Shown here piece after piece: positions 20,487-29,118 of a DNA stretch of 57,295 nucleotides. The notes under the pieces were generated by a model. It did no database searches, had not been told where the DNA came from, and worked only from the letters and a program-made list of their open reading frames with translations. Each line of letters begins with the position of its first letter. Within the stretch, counting starts at the first letter, position 1. Origin of the DNA: an uncultured Gemmiger sp. (lineage in GTDB: Bacteria; Bacillota; Clostridia; Oscillospirales; Ruminococcaceae); contig CAUEKL010000001.1 in the NCBI GenBank assembly GCA_959018215.1, forward strand, positions 1-57,295, written 5' to 3'. The translations under genes and the position numbers were made by a program.

Positions 20487-21428
20487 GTGAAAAAGTATCG
20501 TATTTTTGTGGACGGGTCCTCCGGCACCACCGGCCTGCGCATTGCGGACCGCCTGGCCGCCCGCCCGGAATTTGAACTGCTGACCATCCCCGAAGCCGAC
20601 CGCAAGGACCCCAATGCCCGGGCGGCGGTCATCAACCGGAGCGACCTGACCTTCCTCTGCCTGCCCGACGCGGCGGCCCGGGAGATCATCCCGCTGGTGA
20701 AAGAGGAGGTCCGCATCCTGGACACCTCCACCGCTCACCGCACCGCCTCCGGCTGGCTGTACGGCATGCCGGAACTGGACAACACCCGCAAGGCGCTGAA
20801 AACCGCCACCCGGGTGGCGGTGCCCGGCTGCCATGCCTCCGGGTTCATCGCCCCGGTGGCGCCCCTGGTGCGCCGGGGCCTGCTGGCGCCGGAGGCGGCC
20901 CTGTGCTGCTTCAGCCTCACCGGGTATTCCGGGGGCGGCAAGTCCATGATCGCCCAGTATGAGGCAGAGCGCACCGACGAAGGGCTCTGTGCCCCCCGCC
21001 CCTACGGCCTGACCCTGCACCACAAGCACCTGCCCGAGATGATGGCCGTCTGCGGCCTGCACACCGCTCCGGTCTTTTGCCCGGTGGTGGCCGACTACTA
21101 CGCCGGTATGGAAACGGTGGTGCAGCTCCAGCGCAGCCAGCTGAACGGCGACGCGAAGGACCTGGCCGCCGTGCTGGCCGACTATTACGCGGGCAGCCCG
21201 GTCATCACCGTACACCCGTTTGACCCCGACGCCCTGCCGGGGTTCCTGCCGTCCAACGCCCTGGCAGGCAAGGACAGCATGGAGATCTTCGTCACTGCCT
21301 CCCCGGACGGCGGCCAGATCCAGCTGATCAGCCGCTTCGACAACCTGGGCAAGGGGTCCTCCGGCGCGGCGGTGCAGTGCATGAACCTGATGCTGGGCCT
21401 GGACGAAACCACCGGCCTGAATCTGTAA
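20487..21428 (+). CDS. argC: N-acetyl-gamma-glutamyl-phosphate reductase (type 2-like)
   Basis: 'FVDGSSGTTGL', 'PGCHA', 'GYSGGGK', 'DNLGKGSSGAAVQCMNLM'. Confidence 0.95.
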   Translation: MKKYRIFVDGSSGTTGLRIADRLAARPEFELLTIPEADRKDPNARAAVINRSDLTFLCLPDAAAREIIPLVKEEVRILDTSTAHRTASGWLYGMPELDNTRKALKTATRVAVPGCHASGFIAPVAPLVRRGLLAPEAALCCFSLTGYSGGGKSMIAQYEAERTDEGLCAPRPYGLTLHHKHLPEMMAVCGLHTAPVFCPVVADYYAGMETVVQLQRSQLNGDAKDLAAVLADYYAGSPVITVHPFDPDALPGFLPSNALAGKDSMEIFVTASPDGGQIQLISRFDNLGKGSSGAAVQCMNLMLGLDETTGLNL

Positions 21429-21467
21429 TCTGCGGCAGTGTCCGCATCCTGAATGAGGGGGAAAAAC

Positions 21468-22694
21468 ATGAACTTTACCACGATCGAGGGCGGCATCTGC
21501 GCGCCCCAGGGATTTTCCGCCGCAGGCATCCACTGCGGCATCCGGCATAACCACGCCAAGCCGGACCTGGCCCTGATCAAAGCCGACGTGCGCTGTGCGG
21601 GCGCCGCCTGCTACACCACCAACAAGGTCTACGGGGCCCCCATCACGGTGGACCGGGAACACCTGGCCGACGGTTACGCCCAGGCCATCCTGGTCAATTC
21701 CGGCAACGCCAACACCTGCGCCCCCGGCGGGGTGGAACTGGCCCGGGAAACCTGCCGCCTGGCCGCCCAGGCCCTGGGCGTGGACGAAGCCGACGTGCTG
21801 CCCGCCTCCACCGGCGTCATCGGCCAGGCCATGACCATCGCGCCCTTTGCCTCCGGCATTCCGGCCTGCGCTGCCCAGCTGGCCCACAGCCCGGAAGGCA
21901 GCCTCAACGCCGCCTTTGCCATCATGACCACCGACACCCACCCCAAACAGGTGGCCGTGGAATTCACCCTGGGGGGCAAGACCTGCCGCATGGGTGCCAT
22001 CGCCAAGGGCTCCGGCATGATCCATCCCAACATGGCTACCATGCTGCTCTTCATCACCACCGACGCCGCCATGGAGCCCGCCGTGCTCCAGAAGGCGTTG
22101 TCCGCCGTGGTGCCCGCCACCTTCAACCAGATCTCGGTGGACGGGGATACCTCCACCAACGATACGGTGATGCTGCTGGCCTCCGGCCTGGCGGGCAATG
22201 ACCCCGTGGCCGCCGACAGTGAGGACTACCACACCTTCGTGGCCGCCCTGACCCAGGTGGCGGAACAGCTCTGCCGGGAACTGGCCGGGGACGGGGAAGG
22301 GGCCACCAAGCTGCTGGAGTGCGTCGTTACCGGCGCCCCCACTTTGCAGATCGCCCGGGATGTGTCCAAGAGCGTCATCCACTCCACCCTGTTCAAGGCC
22401 GCCATGTTCGGTGAGGACGCCAACTGGGGCCGGGTGCTGTGTGCCATCGGCTACACTCCCGGGGACTTCTCCATTGACAAGACCAGCGTGCGGCTGAAGA
22501 GCGCCGCCGGGGAGGTGCTGGTGTGCGAAAACGCCGCCCACCACATCTTCAGCGAGGAGGAAGCGGCCAAGATCCTCCAGGAAAGCGAGATCCAGATCCT
22601 GGTGGACCTGGGCTGCGGCGACGCCACGGCCAAGGCCTGGGGCTGCGACCTGACCTACGATTACGTCAAGATCAACGGGGATTACCGCACCTGA
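21468..22694 (+). CDS. argJ: Bifunctional ornithine acetyltransferase / N-acetylglutamate synthase
   Basis: 'NSGNANT', 'STGVIG', 'KGSGMIHPNMATML', 'DGDTSTND', 'DGEGATK'. Confidence 0.97.
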   Translation: MNFTTIEGGICAPQGFSAAGIHCGIRHNHAKPDLALIKADVRCAGAACYTTNKVYGAPITVDREHLADGYAQAILVNSGNANTCAPGGVELARETCRLAAQALGVDEADVLPASTGVIGQAMTIAPFASGIPACAAQLAHSPEGSLNAAFAIMTTDTHPKQVAVEFTLGGKTCRMGAIAKGSGMIHPNMATMLLFITTDAAMEPAVLQKALSAVVPATFNQISVDGDTSTNDTVMLLASGLAGNDPVAADSEDYHTFVAALTQVAEQLCRELAGDGEGATKLLECVVTGAPTLQIARDVSKSVIHSTLFKAAMFGEDANWGRVLCAIGYTPGDFSIDKTSVRLKSAAGEVLVCENAAHHIFSEEEAAKILQESEIQILVDLGCGDATAKAWGCDLTYDYVKINGDYRT

Positions 22695-22717
22695 GCGGGC
22701 AGGAAAGAGGAAGGAAC

Positions 22718-23575
22718 ATGAAAAACGAAGAGATGGCGCGGCTCTTTTCCGAAGCCACGCCCTACATCCAGAAATACCACGGCAAGACCCTGGTCATCAA
22801 GTACGGCGGCAACGCCATGGTCAACGGCCAGCTGAAGCTGGCGGTGATGAATGACCTGGTCACCCTGACCCTGCTGGGGGTGCGGGTGGTGCTGGTCCAC
22901 GGGGGCGGCCCCGCCATCAACGCCATGCTTACCAAGCTGGGCATTGAATCCAAGTTTGTGAACGGCCTGCGCTACACCGACGCCGAGACCATGACCGTGG
23001 TCCAGCAGGTGCTGGCCGGGCAGGTGAACAAGGACCTGGTGGCCCTGCTCAAGGGCCGGGGCGTGGGGCTGTGCGGCATGGACGGCAACACCATCAGCTG
23101 CCGCCGCTACACCAAGGCCGACCTGGGCTTTGTGGGTGAGATCACCGGCATCAGCACCACCCTGATCAACCACCTGCTGGACGACCAGTTCATCCCGGTG
23201 GTGGCCACCGTGGGCATGGACCCGGAAAACGGAGTGCTCTACAACGTCAACGCCGACACCGCCGCCGCGGCCATTGCCGTGGCCCTGGGCGCCGAAAAGC
23301 TGGTCTCCATGACCGACATCACCGGCCTGCTGCGGGATAAAAACGACGACTCCACCCTCATCCCGGAGGTGGAACTCTCCGAGATCGAGGGGTACAAGGC
23401 CGAGGGGGTCATCGCCGGGGGCATGCTGCCCAAGATCGACGGCATGGCTGACGCCATCCGCCGGGGTGTCAACGAGGCGGTCATCATCGACGGCCGGGTG
23501 CCCCACTCCATCCTGCTGGAAATGTTCTCCGACCGCGGGTCCGGTACTTTGTTCTATCGCGGCCACAACCGCTGA
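22718..23575 (+). CDS. argB: Acetylglutamate kinase
   Basis: 'VIKYGGNAM', 'VHGGGP', 'GLRYTD', 'NVNAD', 'GGMLPK'; ATG 22718 after aggaagga. Confidence 0.96.
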   Translation: MKNEEMARLFSEATPYIQKYHGKTLVIKYGGNAMVNGQLKLAVMNDLVTLTLLGVRVVLVHGGGPAINAMLTKLGIESKFVNGLRYTDAETMTVVQQVLAGQVNKDLVALLKGRGVGLCGMDGNTISCRRYTKADLGFVGEITGISTTLINHLLDDQFIPVVATVGMDPENGVLYNVNADTAAAAIAVALGAEKLVSMTDITGLLRDKNDDSTLIPEVELSEIEGYKAEGVIAGGMLPKIDGMADAIRRGVNEAVIIDGRVPHSILLEMFSDRGSGTLFYRGHNR

Positions 23576-23596
23576 GCTCCCAAGGAGGTTTCGTTC

Positions 23597-24775
23597 ATGA
23601 ATACCCAGAAGGTCATCGACCGGGACAACAAATACATCATGCACACCTACGGCCGCAGCCCCCTCGTCATTGAGCGGGGGGAGGGCATGACTGCTATCGA
23701 CGCCGACGGCAAACATTACCTGGACTTCACCTCCGGCATCGGGGTCAACGCCCTGGGCTACGCCCATCCCGCCTGGCTCCAGGCCGTCACCGAACAGGCC
23801 ACCAAGGTGCAGCACACCTCCAACCTGTACTACACCGCCCCCTGCGGCCGTCTGGCCCGGCGCATCTGCCACCGCACCGGCCTGGACCGGGTGTTCTTCG
23901 GCAACTCCGGCGCCGAGGCCAACGAGGGCGCCATCAAGTGCGCCCGCAAGTACAGCGTGGATACCTACGGCGAGGGCCGCAGCAAGGTCATCACCCTGGT
24001 GAACTCCTTCCACGGCCGCACCCTGGCCACCCTCACCGCCACCGGCCAGGATGTCTTCCACCATGATTTCGGGCCCTTCCCCGGGGAGTTCGCCTACGTC
24101 CCCGCCGGGGACTTTGCCGCCCTGGAAGCCGCCGCCGATGAACACACCTGCGCCGTCATGATGGAGCTGGTGCAGGGCGAGGGCGGCGTGGTGGCCCTGG
24201 ACCCGGACTACGTCCATGCGGTGGCCGACCTGTGCGCCGCCAGGGACATCCTGCTCATTGTGGATGAGGTGCAGACCGGTGTGGGCCGCACCGGCAAGTT
24301 CCTGGCCTGCGAGAACTACCACCTGCGCCCGGACATCGTCACCCTGGCCAAGGGCCTGGGCGGCGGCCTGCCCATCGGCGCCGTGGTCACCACCGAGAAG
24401 GTGGCTTCCCACATGGGCCCCGGCAGCCACGGGTCCACCTTCGGGGGCAATCCGGTGGTCTGCGCCGGCGCCTGCGCCGTGCTGGACACCATGGACGAGG
24501 AGTTCATGCAGAACGTCAACGACTGCGCCGCCGCCCTGTGGACCGGCCTGCGCACCCTGCCCCATGTGCAGGGCGTCAGCGGTCTGGGCCTGATGATCGG
24601 CATCCAGCTGTCCGACGGGCTCAAAGCCGCCGAGATCCGCGCCGCCTGCGAGAAGCAGGGCCTGCTGGTGCTCACCGCCAAGGACCGCATCCGGCTGCTG
24701 CCGCCGCTGATCCTCACCGAACAGGACGTGAAGGCCGCCCTGGCCATCCTGCGCAAGGTGCTGGAGACCGCCTGA
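23597..24775 (+). CDS. argD: Acetylornithine aminotransferase
   Basis: 'NSGAEANE', 'FHGRT', 'DEVQTGVGRTG', 'AKGLGGG', 'HGSTFGGNP'; arg operon context. Confidence 0.93.
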   Translation: MNTQKVIDRDNKYIMHTYGRSPLVIERGEGMTAIDADGKHYLDFTSGIGVNALGYAHPAWLQAVTEQATKVQHTSNLYYTAPCGRLARRICHRTGLDRVFFGNSGAEANEGAIKCARKYSVDTYGEGRSKVITLVNSFHGRTLATLTATGQDVFHHDFGPFPGEFAYVPAGDFAALEAAADEHTCAVMMELVQGEGGVVALDPDYVHAVADLCAARDILLIVDEVQTGVGRTGKFLACENYHLRPDIVTLAKGLGGGLPIGAVVTTEKVASHMGPGSHGSTFGGNPVVCAGACAVLDTMDEEFMQNVNDCAAALWTGLRTLPHVQGVSGLGLMIGIQLSDGLKAAEIRAACEKQGLLVLTAKDRIRLLPPLILTEQDVKAALAILRKVLETA

Positions 24776-24937
24776 GTCTGCGCAAAAACTGAACAGTTCC
24801 TGCGAGGGTATGCCGCAATTTTCTTCTGGCATGCCCTCTTTTGTTGTGGTATACTTATCCTGGGGGCAGAGGCCGCCAGGGCCCACCCCCGCCGGTTTGG
24901 CCGTTTTGGGAATGTGCAATCAGGAGGAATGTCTGCA

Positions 24938-25456
24938 ATGGGGATCATCCGCAAGATCCAAGCAAAAACAGGGGAAGCGCGGGCCAAGGAGAAGATCCGG
25001 CCGCTGGTGGAAAGCCGCATGATGCGGGATATTCTGCTGGAGATCGGCCAGCGGGGCAGCGAGGCCCTGGACCCGCAGTCGGTGCCCATGGACCAGCGGG
25101 CTCGGGCGGCCCGCCTGGCCAGCGAGTGCGGCATGGCCGGCATGCGCCAGAGCGTGGTGGATGAGGTGCGCCTGGATGCCGAGGGCATTACCCTGATCTG
25201 CGGGGAGGAAAAGACGGCCTTCCTGTACAACGATTACAACTACGAAAACATCGACGACACCGACTGCCTGCCCGCCGTGGCCCAGTACCTGGTGGCCCAT
25301 ATGCGGGGGTATTACAACATCAGCTGCACCTTTGCGGCGGCCCCCAAACCCCACGGCCGGGGCGTGGGCCGCAAGACCCGGGAGGTGTTCATCCGCCGCC
25401 ACCACGAGGAGACCCCCTTCGCCCCCGGTCCCATGCAGAAACAGCACCTGTTTTAA
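24938..25456 (+). CDS. Hypothetical protein
   Basis: About 172 aa ORF with aggagg RBS and host-like codon usage; no recognised motif. Confidence 0.6.
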   Translation: MGIIRKIQAKTGEARAKEKIRPLVESRMMRDILLEIGQRGSEALDPQSVPMDQRARAARLASECGMAGMRQSVVDEVRLDAEGITLICGEEKTAFLYNDYNYENIDDTDCLPAVAQYLVAHMRGYYNISCTFAAAPKPHGRGVGRKTREVFIRRHHEETPFAPGPMQKQHLF

Positions 25457-25500
25457 GAGCCGCGTCCCCCGAAAAAGGGCGCCCCAGCGCTGGGCGGCCC

Positions 25501-25529
25501 TTGACGCAAAGGAACCGGTTTGGTATAAT
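25501..25529 (+). promoter_or_regulatory. Strong sigma-70/sigma-A promoter of the tRNA-Ser locus
   Basis: TTGACG-17 bp-TATAAT with extended TG (TGgTATAAT), 35 bp upstream of the tRNA 5' end. Confidence 0.85.
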
Positions 25530-25564
25530 AACTTGTACGCTGCGGCCCACCCGCAGCGGTATAC

Positions 25565-25603
25565 GGAGCATTACTCAAGAGGTCGAAGAGGTCGCACTCG
25601 AAA
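25565..25603 (+). pseudogene. 5' half of host tRNA-Ser(CGA), broken at the anticodon loop (attL)
   Basis: ggagcat-ta-ctc..gag-g-tcgca-ctcgaaa then non-tRNA sequence; pairs perfectly with the 3' half at 49804-49856. Confidence 0.92.
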
Positions 25604-25687
25604 GTTTGCAGCCCGCTGGCCGATTCGTCCGCCGCGAATGGCGTGACGGCGGGATTTTCCCGGGGTATGCATCCGGTTATTATCCGC

Positions 25688-25794
25688 TTATCTTGCATCG
25701 AAATCTTGCATTTTTCCGAAAGGGTTGCAAGGCGGTGCTGGAAAAATTAAATATGGAGATGTACTCAAGTGGTCGTAAGAGGGAGCACTCGAAA
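25688..25794 (+). repeat. Left-arm module copy 1 (ATCTTGCA motifs plus tRNA 5' half)
   Basis: ttatcttgcatcgaaatcttgcatttttcc...ttgcaaggcggtgct..aaaattaaatatggaga, repeated at 25879-25984. Confidence 0.9.
25755..25794 (+). pseudogene. Orphan 5' half of a second, different tRNA-Ser(CGA)
   Basis: ggagatg-ta-ctc-aagtggtcgtaa-gag-g-gagca-ctcgaaa, ends at the same anticodon-loop position; I found no matching 3' half in the window. Confidence 0.85.
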
Positions 25795-25878
25795 GACTCT
25801 CACCTTTTGGTCAATTTGTCCGCAAGGAATGGCTTAACAGTGGGCTTTTCCTTGGGTGCGCATCCGATTTTTCCTGCG

Positions 25879-25984
25879 TTATCTTGCATCGAAATCTTGC
25901 ATTTTTCCAAATATCTTGCAAGGCGGTGCTTGAAAATTAAATATGGAGACGTATCGAAGTGGTCGTAACGAGAACGACTCGAAA
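25879..25984 (+). repeat. Left-arm module copy 2
   Basis: Near-identical to 25688-25794, 190-191 bp downstream. Confidence 0.9.
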
Positions 25985-26035
25985 TCGTTTTGTCCAGAGA
26001 TGGGCACGTGGGTTCGAATCCCACCGTCTCCGCCA
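25945..26035 (+). tRNA. tRNA-Ser(CGA), complete, element-borne
   Basis: Acceptor ggagacg/cgtctcc + G + CCA; anticodon arm aacga-ctCGAaa-tcgtt; long variable arm; T arm gtggg-ttcgaat-cccac. Confidence 0.95.
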
Positions 26036-26080
26036 GAAAACGGCGCTATGTCGAGGTTTATCGGCATAGCGCCGCTTTTT
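26036..26080. terminator. Terminator between tRNA and convergent integrase
   Basis: aaaacggcgctatgtcga..tcggcatagcgccgcttttt. Confidence 0.8.
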
Positions 26081-26112
26081 ATTCTCCTGACGCCGACAGC
26101 ATTTTTCTTGCC

Positions 26113-27300
26113 TTACCACCGGCTTTCGGGAAGTTCTGCGGGCAGGGCCAGGGCTTTTTCCATTGTGGCGGCGCTCAGCTGTTTCGACTGGGAATCCAGA
26201 TGGGCGTAGATGTTCGCCGTGGTGGAGATGTCGCTGTGCCCCAGCCATTCCTGAATCTGCTTCATGGGTACCCCCTGTTTCAGCAGCAGGCTGGCACAGG
26301 AGTGGCGCAGATCGTGGAAGCGGATATGCCGCAGACCATGTGCTTTCAGGAGCTTTCCAAAATTCTCGGAAACTGCATTGGGAAGAATGAGATTGCCCAT
26401 CTCATCTACGAATAGATATCCTTTGTATTTTTTGTTATAGCAGTTTCCGCAGAGCCGCTCGTTGTATTCCTGCTGTTCCTTCAACTCCTTCAGCCGCTGG
26501 GCGAACCCCTCCACCAGTGGCAAAGTACGCAGGCTGGAACTGGTCTTGGCCCGGTCAGCCTGGATGAGAATGTGCTTGCCTTCAATATTCGCACTGGTAA
26601 CAATGTGCCGGATGGTCAGCGTTCCAGCCTCAAAGTCGATGGCGTCCCACCGCAGGCCCAGCACTTCGCTGCGGCGCAGTCCATAAAATGCCGCAAATAG
26701 GATGATTAGTTCCAGACGACTGCCTCGGGCCGCCTGAAATAACTCCTCCATCTCCTGGGCGGTATAGTAAGATGCCATATACTTCTGCAACTTTGGCCGC
26801 TCTACTTTGTCCACCGGGTTGCCGGGGATGAGGTCCAGCTTTACCGCATACTTCAAAGCCTTGTGCATGTTAGCATGCTGCTTGATCACGCTTGTGGCTT
26901 TGAGGGTCTCCAGCTCATGAAGGTAGAAGCTCTGGATATGGCTGGCTTTCAATCCTCCCAGCGTGATGCCGGTGGGTTCGAAGTACGGCACGATATGGTC
27001 CTTCACGTTGAAACAGTAGCTGGACCAAGTGGTTGGTTCCACAGAAGTTCGGATGATTTTCAGCCAGTAAAGCATATAATCGCTGAACAACATGTCCGGA
27101 CTTAGGTCGGTGGAACGATCGGGTGCAGGCGGGGTAAAGCTATGGCGGGCCTGCCGCAGCAGATCCTCGGCCTTTTTCTTGTTGCCTTTCACCGGCAGTC
27201 CGGTACCCTGCCATTTCTGCACCCGCTTGCCGTCGGGGCCTTTGTAGCTGAGCACAATGTAAAAATACCCGTTCTTTTCGGTGAGTCGACCAGATACCAT
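26113..27300 (-). CDS. int: Tyrosine recombinase/integrase (arm-binding N-terminus, SAM-like and catalytic domains)
   Basis: Catalytic R (GLRRSE), K (AKT), HxxR (FHDLRHS), H (LGHS), Y (NIYAH); ATG 27300 is 7 nt after aggagg. Confidence 0.95.
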   Translation of the reverse strand: MVSGRLTEKNGYFYIVLSYKGPDGKRVQKWQGTGLPVKGNKKKAEDLLRQARHSFTPPAPDRSTDLSPDMLFSDYMLYWLKIIRTSVEPTTWSSYCFNVKDHIVPYFEPTGITLGGLKASHIQSFYLHELETLKATSVIKQHANMHKALKYAVKLDLIPGNPVDKVERPKLQKYMASYYTAQEMEELFQAARGSRLELIILFAAFYGLRRSEVLGLRWDAIDFEAGTLTIRHIVTSANIEGKHILIQADRAKTSSSLRTLPLVEGFAQRLKELKEQQEYNERLCGNCYNKKYKGYLFVDEMGNLILPNAVSENFGKLLKAHGLRHIRFHDLRHSCASLLLKQGVPMKQIQEWLGHSDISTTANIYAHLDSQSKQLSAATMEKALALPAELPESRW

Positions 27301-27467
27301 GGACATTCCTCCTTTGTTTGGTTGATGGTATTCTCCGGGTCCGACACAAGAATACCCGGAAGTTGTCTCGAAAGCTATTCACAAAACTGCACAAGGTCAC
27401 GCGCCTGGAATGGGTACACATCCACCAGATTACCCGCGCCGATTCGTCCGGCGCGAGTGTTTTGGCT

Positions 27468-28841
27468 TTAGCGGATTCGGTCTTTGTTCCGGTGTTTCTG
27501 GCGTGACTTGTCCCGCTCCTGCTGGCGGCGGTATTCCTCCCGGCAGGCGGCGGTCTTTTCCACCTTCTCGATGATACGTTTGGCGGCTGCATCCTCTTTG
27601 CGCAGGGCGGCGATTTGACGGTTCAGTTCCGCCCGCCGCTGGGCTGCCCCGGGCGGTGGCTCCTTCCACCGCAGCTGCCGGGCGCAGTCCGCCCGTTCTT
27701 GGCAAAGGGCGGTGATTTGTCCCGCCAATGTTTCCTGGTGGGCTTTTACCTCCGCCACCGTGGAAAAGCCCCGCCGACTGGTCAGGTGCAGTTCCTCCAG
27801 CGTCTTGTCGACGTCCCGCCACAGAGCATTGATCTCCGGCCAGTTCACCCGGGGCGCGGGCCGTTTCGGGTAGATGCCCAGCTGGTAGCAGTAGTAGAGA
27901 TACAGCCGGAACAGGCTGCTCTTTTGATGGGTGAACAGCCCTCGGCACCGATATCGCCGTGCGGGCGGATGATATGCGGGCCGGGGCCGCAGGCTATACT
28001 TGGGGTTGAAGTTCAGATCATAGAAGTGGAGGCCGTACCGGGCAAAGTTTTTGGCCAGCGCCCGCTCCAGGGCGGGCCAGTCGTATTCCGCTCCCAGTCG
28101 GTACACCCGCACCGCCCGGCCGCCGTCCAGCGAACGGAGGGTGGCGTATTTGCGCCCCTCCTCCCGCCGCCAGAGATACCCCTGCTGCCGCAGCACCCGG
28201 GCGAAGTCCCGCTCGGTGCTGGTCTGGGTCAGGGCCTTGCGGATGGCCTGACGCATCGCCTCATACCGGGTCTGGCCCGTGCCCTCGTAGAGAGGCCGGG
28301 GCTTTTTGCCGCCGGGCTGCCGGATAACCGACAGGGCGTGCTCCCGGCAAAGCTGATCGGACACCCGGCGCATCTCCCGGTATTGATCTCGGCGCTGCTC
28401 GTACTTCTTGCCGTCCACATAGGACACCGCATTGATGACGAAGTGGTTGTGCAGGCAGCCAGTGTTCAGATGGGTGGCCACCAGCACCTGAAATCGCCCG
28501 CCCCACACCCGGCGGGCCAGCTCTACCCCGATGGAGTGGCACTGCTCCGGAGTCACCTCTCCAGGCTTGAAACTCTGGTAGGCGTGCATTGCCACCACTC
28601 CTTCGGTCTTGCCGAACTGCTCCTGCACCGCCCACATCTCCGCCCAGGCGGTCCCCGGACGGCAGTGGACGCCGCTCACCAGCTGGGCCGTTTCCCGCAG
28701 GGTGGTTTTGGCGTCGTTCTCCGCGTAGTGCAGCGCCTGGGCCAGACCGCTGTACTCGGTCTTGTCCGGGTTGGCGGCGTAGTCCACCACCCGGCGCAGG
28801 CTGTCCCGCACCGGCCAGATTTTAGTGGTCGCCAGAGGCAT
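27468..28841 (-). CDS. Relaxase/mobilisation nuclease domain protein (MOBP-like)
   Basis: 'ATTKIW', 'YAANPDKT', 'HAYQSFKPGE', HUH 'THLNTGCLHNHFVIN'. Confidence 0.92.
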   Translation of the reverse strand: MPLATTKIWPVRDSLRRVVDYAANPDKTEYSGLAQALHYAENDAKTTLRETAQLVSGVHCRPGTAWAEMWAVQEQFGKTEGVVAMHAYQSFKPGEVTPEQCHSIGVELARRVWGGRFQVLVATHLNTGCLHNHFVINAVSYVDGKKYEQRRDQYREMRRVSDQLCREHALSVIRQPGGKKPRPLYEGTGQTRYEAMRQAIRKALTQTSTERDFARVLRQQGYLWRREEGRKYATLRSLDGGRAVRVYRLGAEYDWPALERALAKNFARYGLHFYDLNFNPKYSLRPRPAYHPPARRYRCRGLFTHQKSSLFRLYLYYCYQLGIYPKRPAPRVNWPEINALWRDVDKTLEELHLTSRRGFSTVAEVKAHQETLAGQITALCQERADCARQLRWKEPPPGAAQRRAELNRQIAALRKEDAAAKRIIEKVEKTAACREEYRRQQERDKSRQKHRNKDRIR

Positions 28842-29118
28842 CCTCCTTCCGCAAGAGGCTGTCCAGCAGCCCTTCCCGGCAGCGGCGGTACTCTTCCGCC
28901 AGAGGCGGATCCAACCGGGCCAGCTGATCGGTCAGGTTGTCCATCCAGGTCAGGTAGCTAAAAAACGCCTGGGGCGGGTGGAACCGTGGCTCATGCCCCA
29001 GCGCCCGCTGGCGCATATATTCTGACAGGGTCAGCCCACACCGGCCGGCCGCTGTTTGGATTCGTTGTTTCTCGGCGGGGCTCACCCGCACATTGAGGCC
29101 CACGCTTCTTGTTCTCAC
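28822..29118 (-). CDS. mobC: MobC-type relaxosome accessory protein (ribbon-helix-helix)
   Basis: 'LNVRVSPAEKQRIQTAAGRCGLTLSEYMRQRALG'; GTG 29118 after ggagg, overlaps the AAA stop codon and precedes the relaxase. Confidence 0.82.
   Translation of the reverse strand: MRTRSVGLNVRVSPAEKQRIQTAAGRCGLTLSEYMRQRALGHEPRFHPPQAFFSYLTWMDNLTDQLARLDPPLAEEYRRCREGLLDSLLRKEDASGDH

Noticed and set aside
25501..26415. Short ORFs across the tRNA/att region
   Set aside because: They overlap tRNA sequences and arm repeats or lie antisense to the integrase
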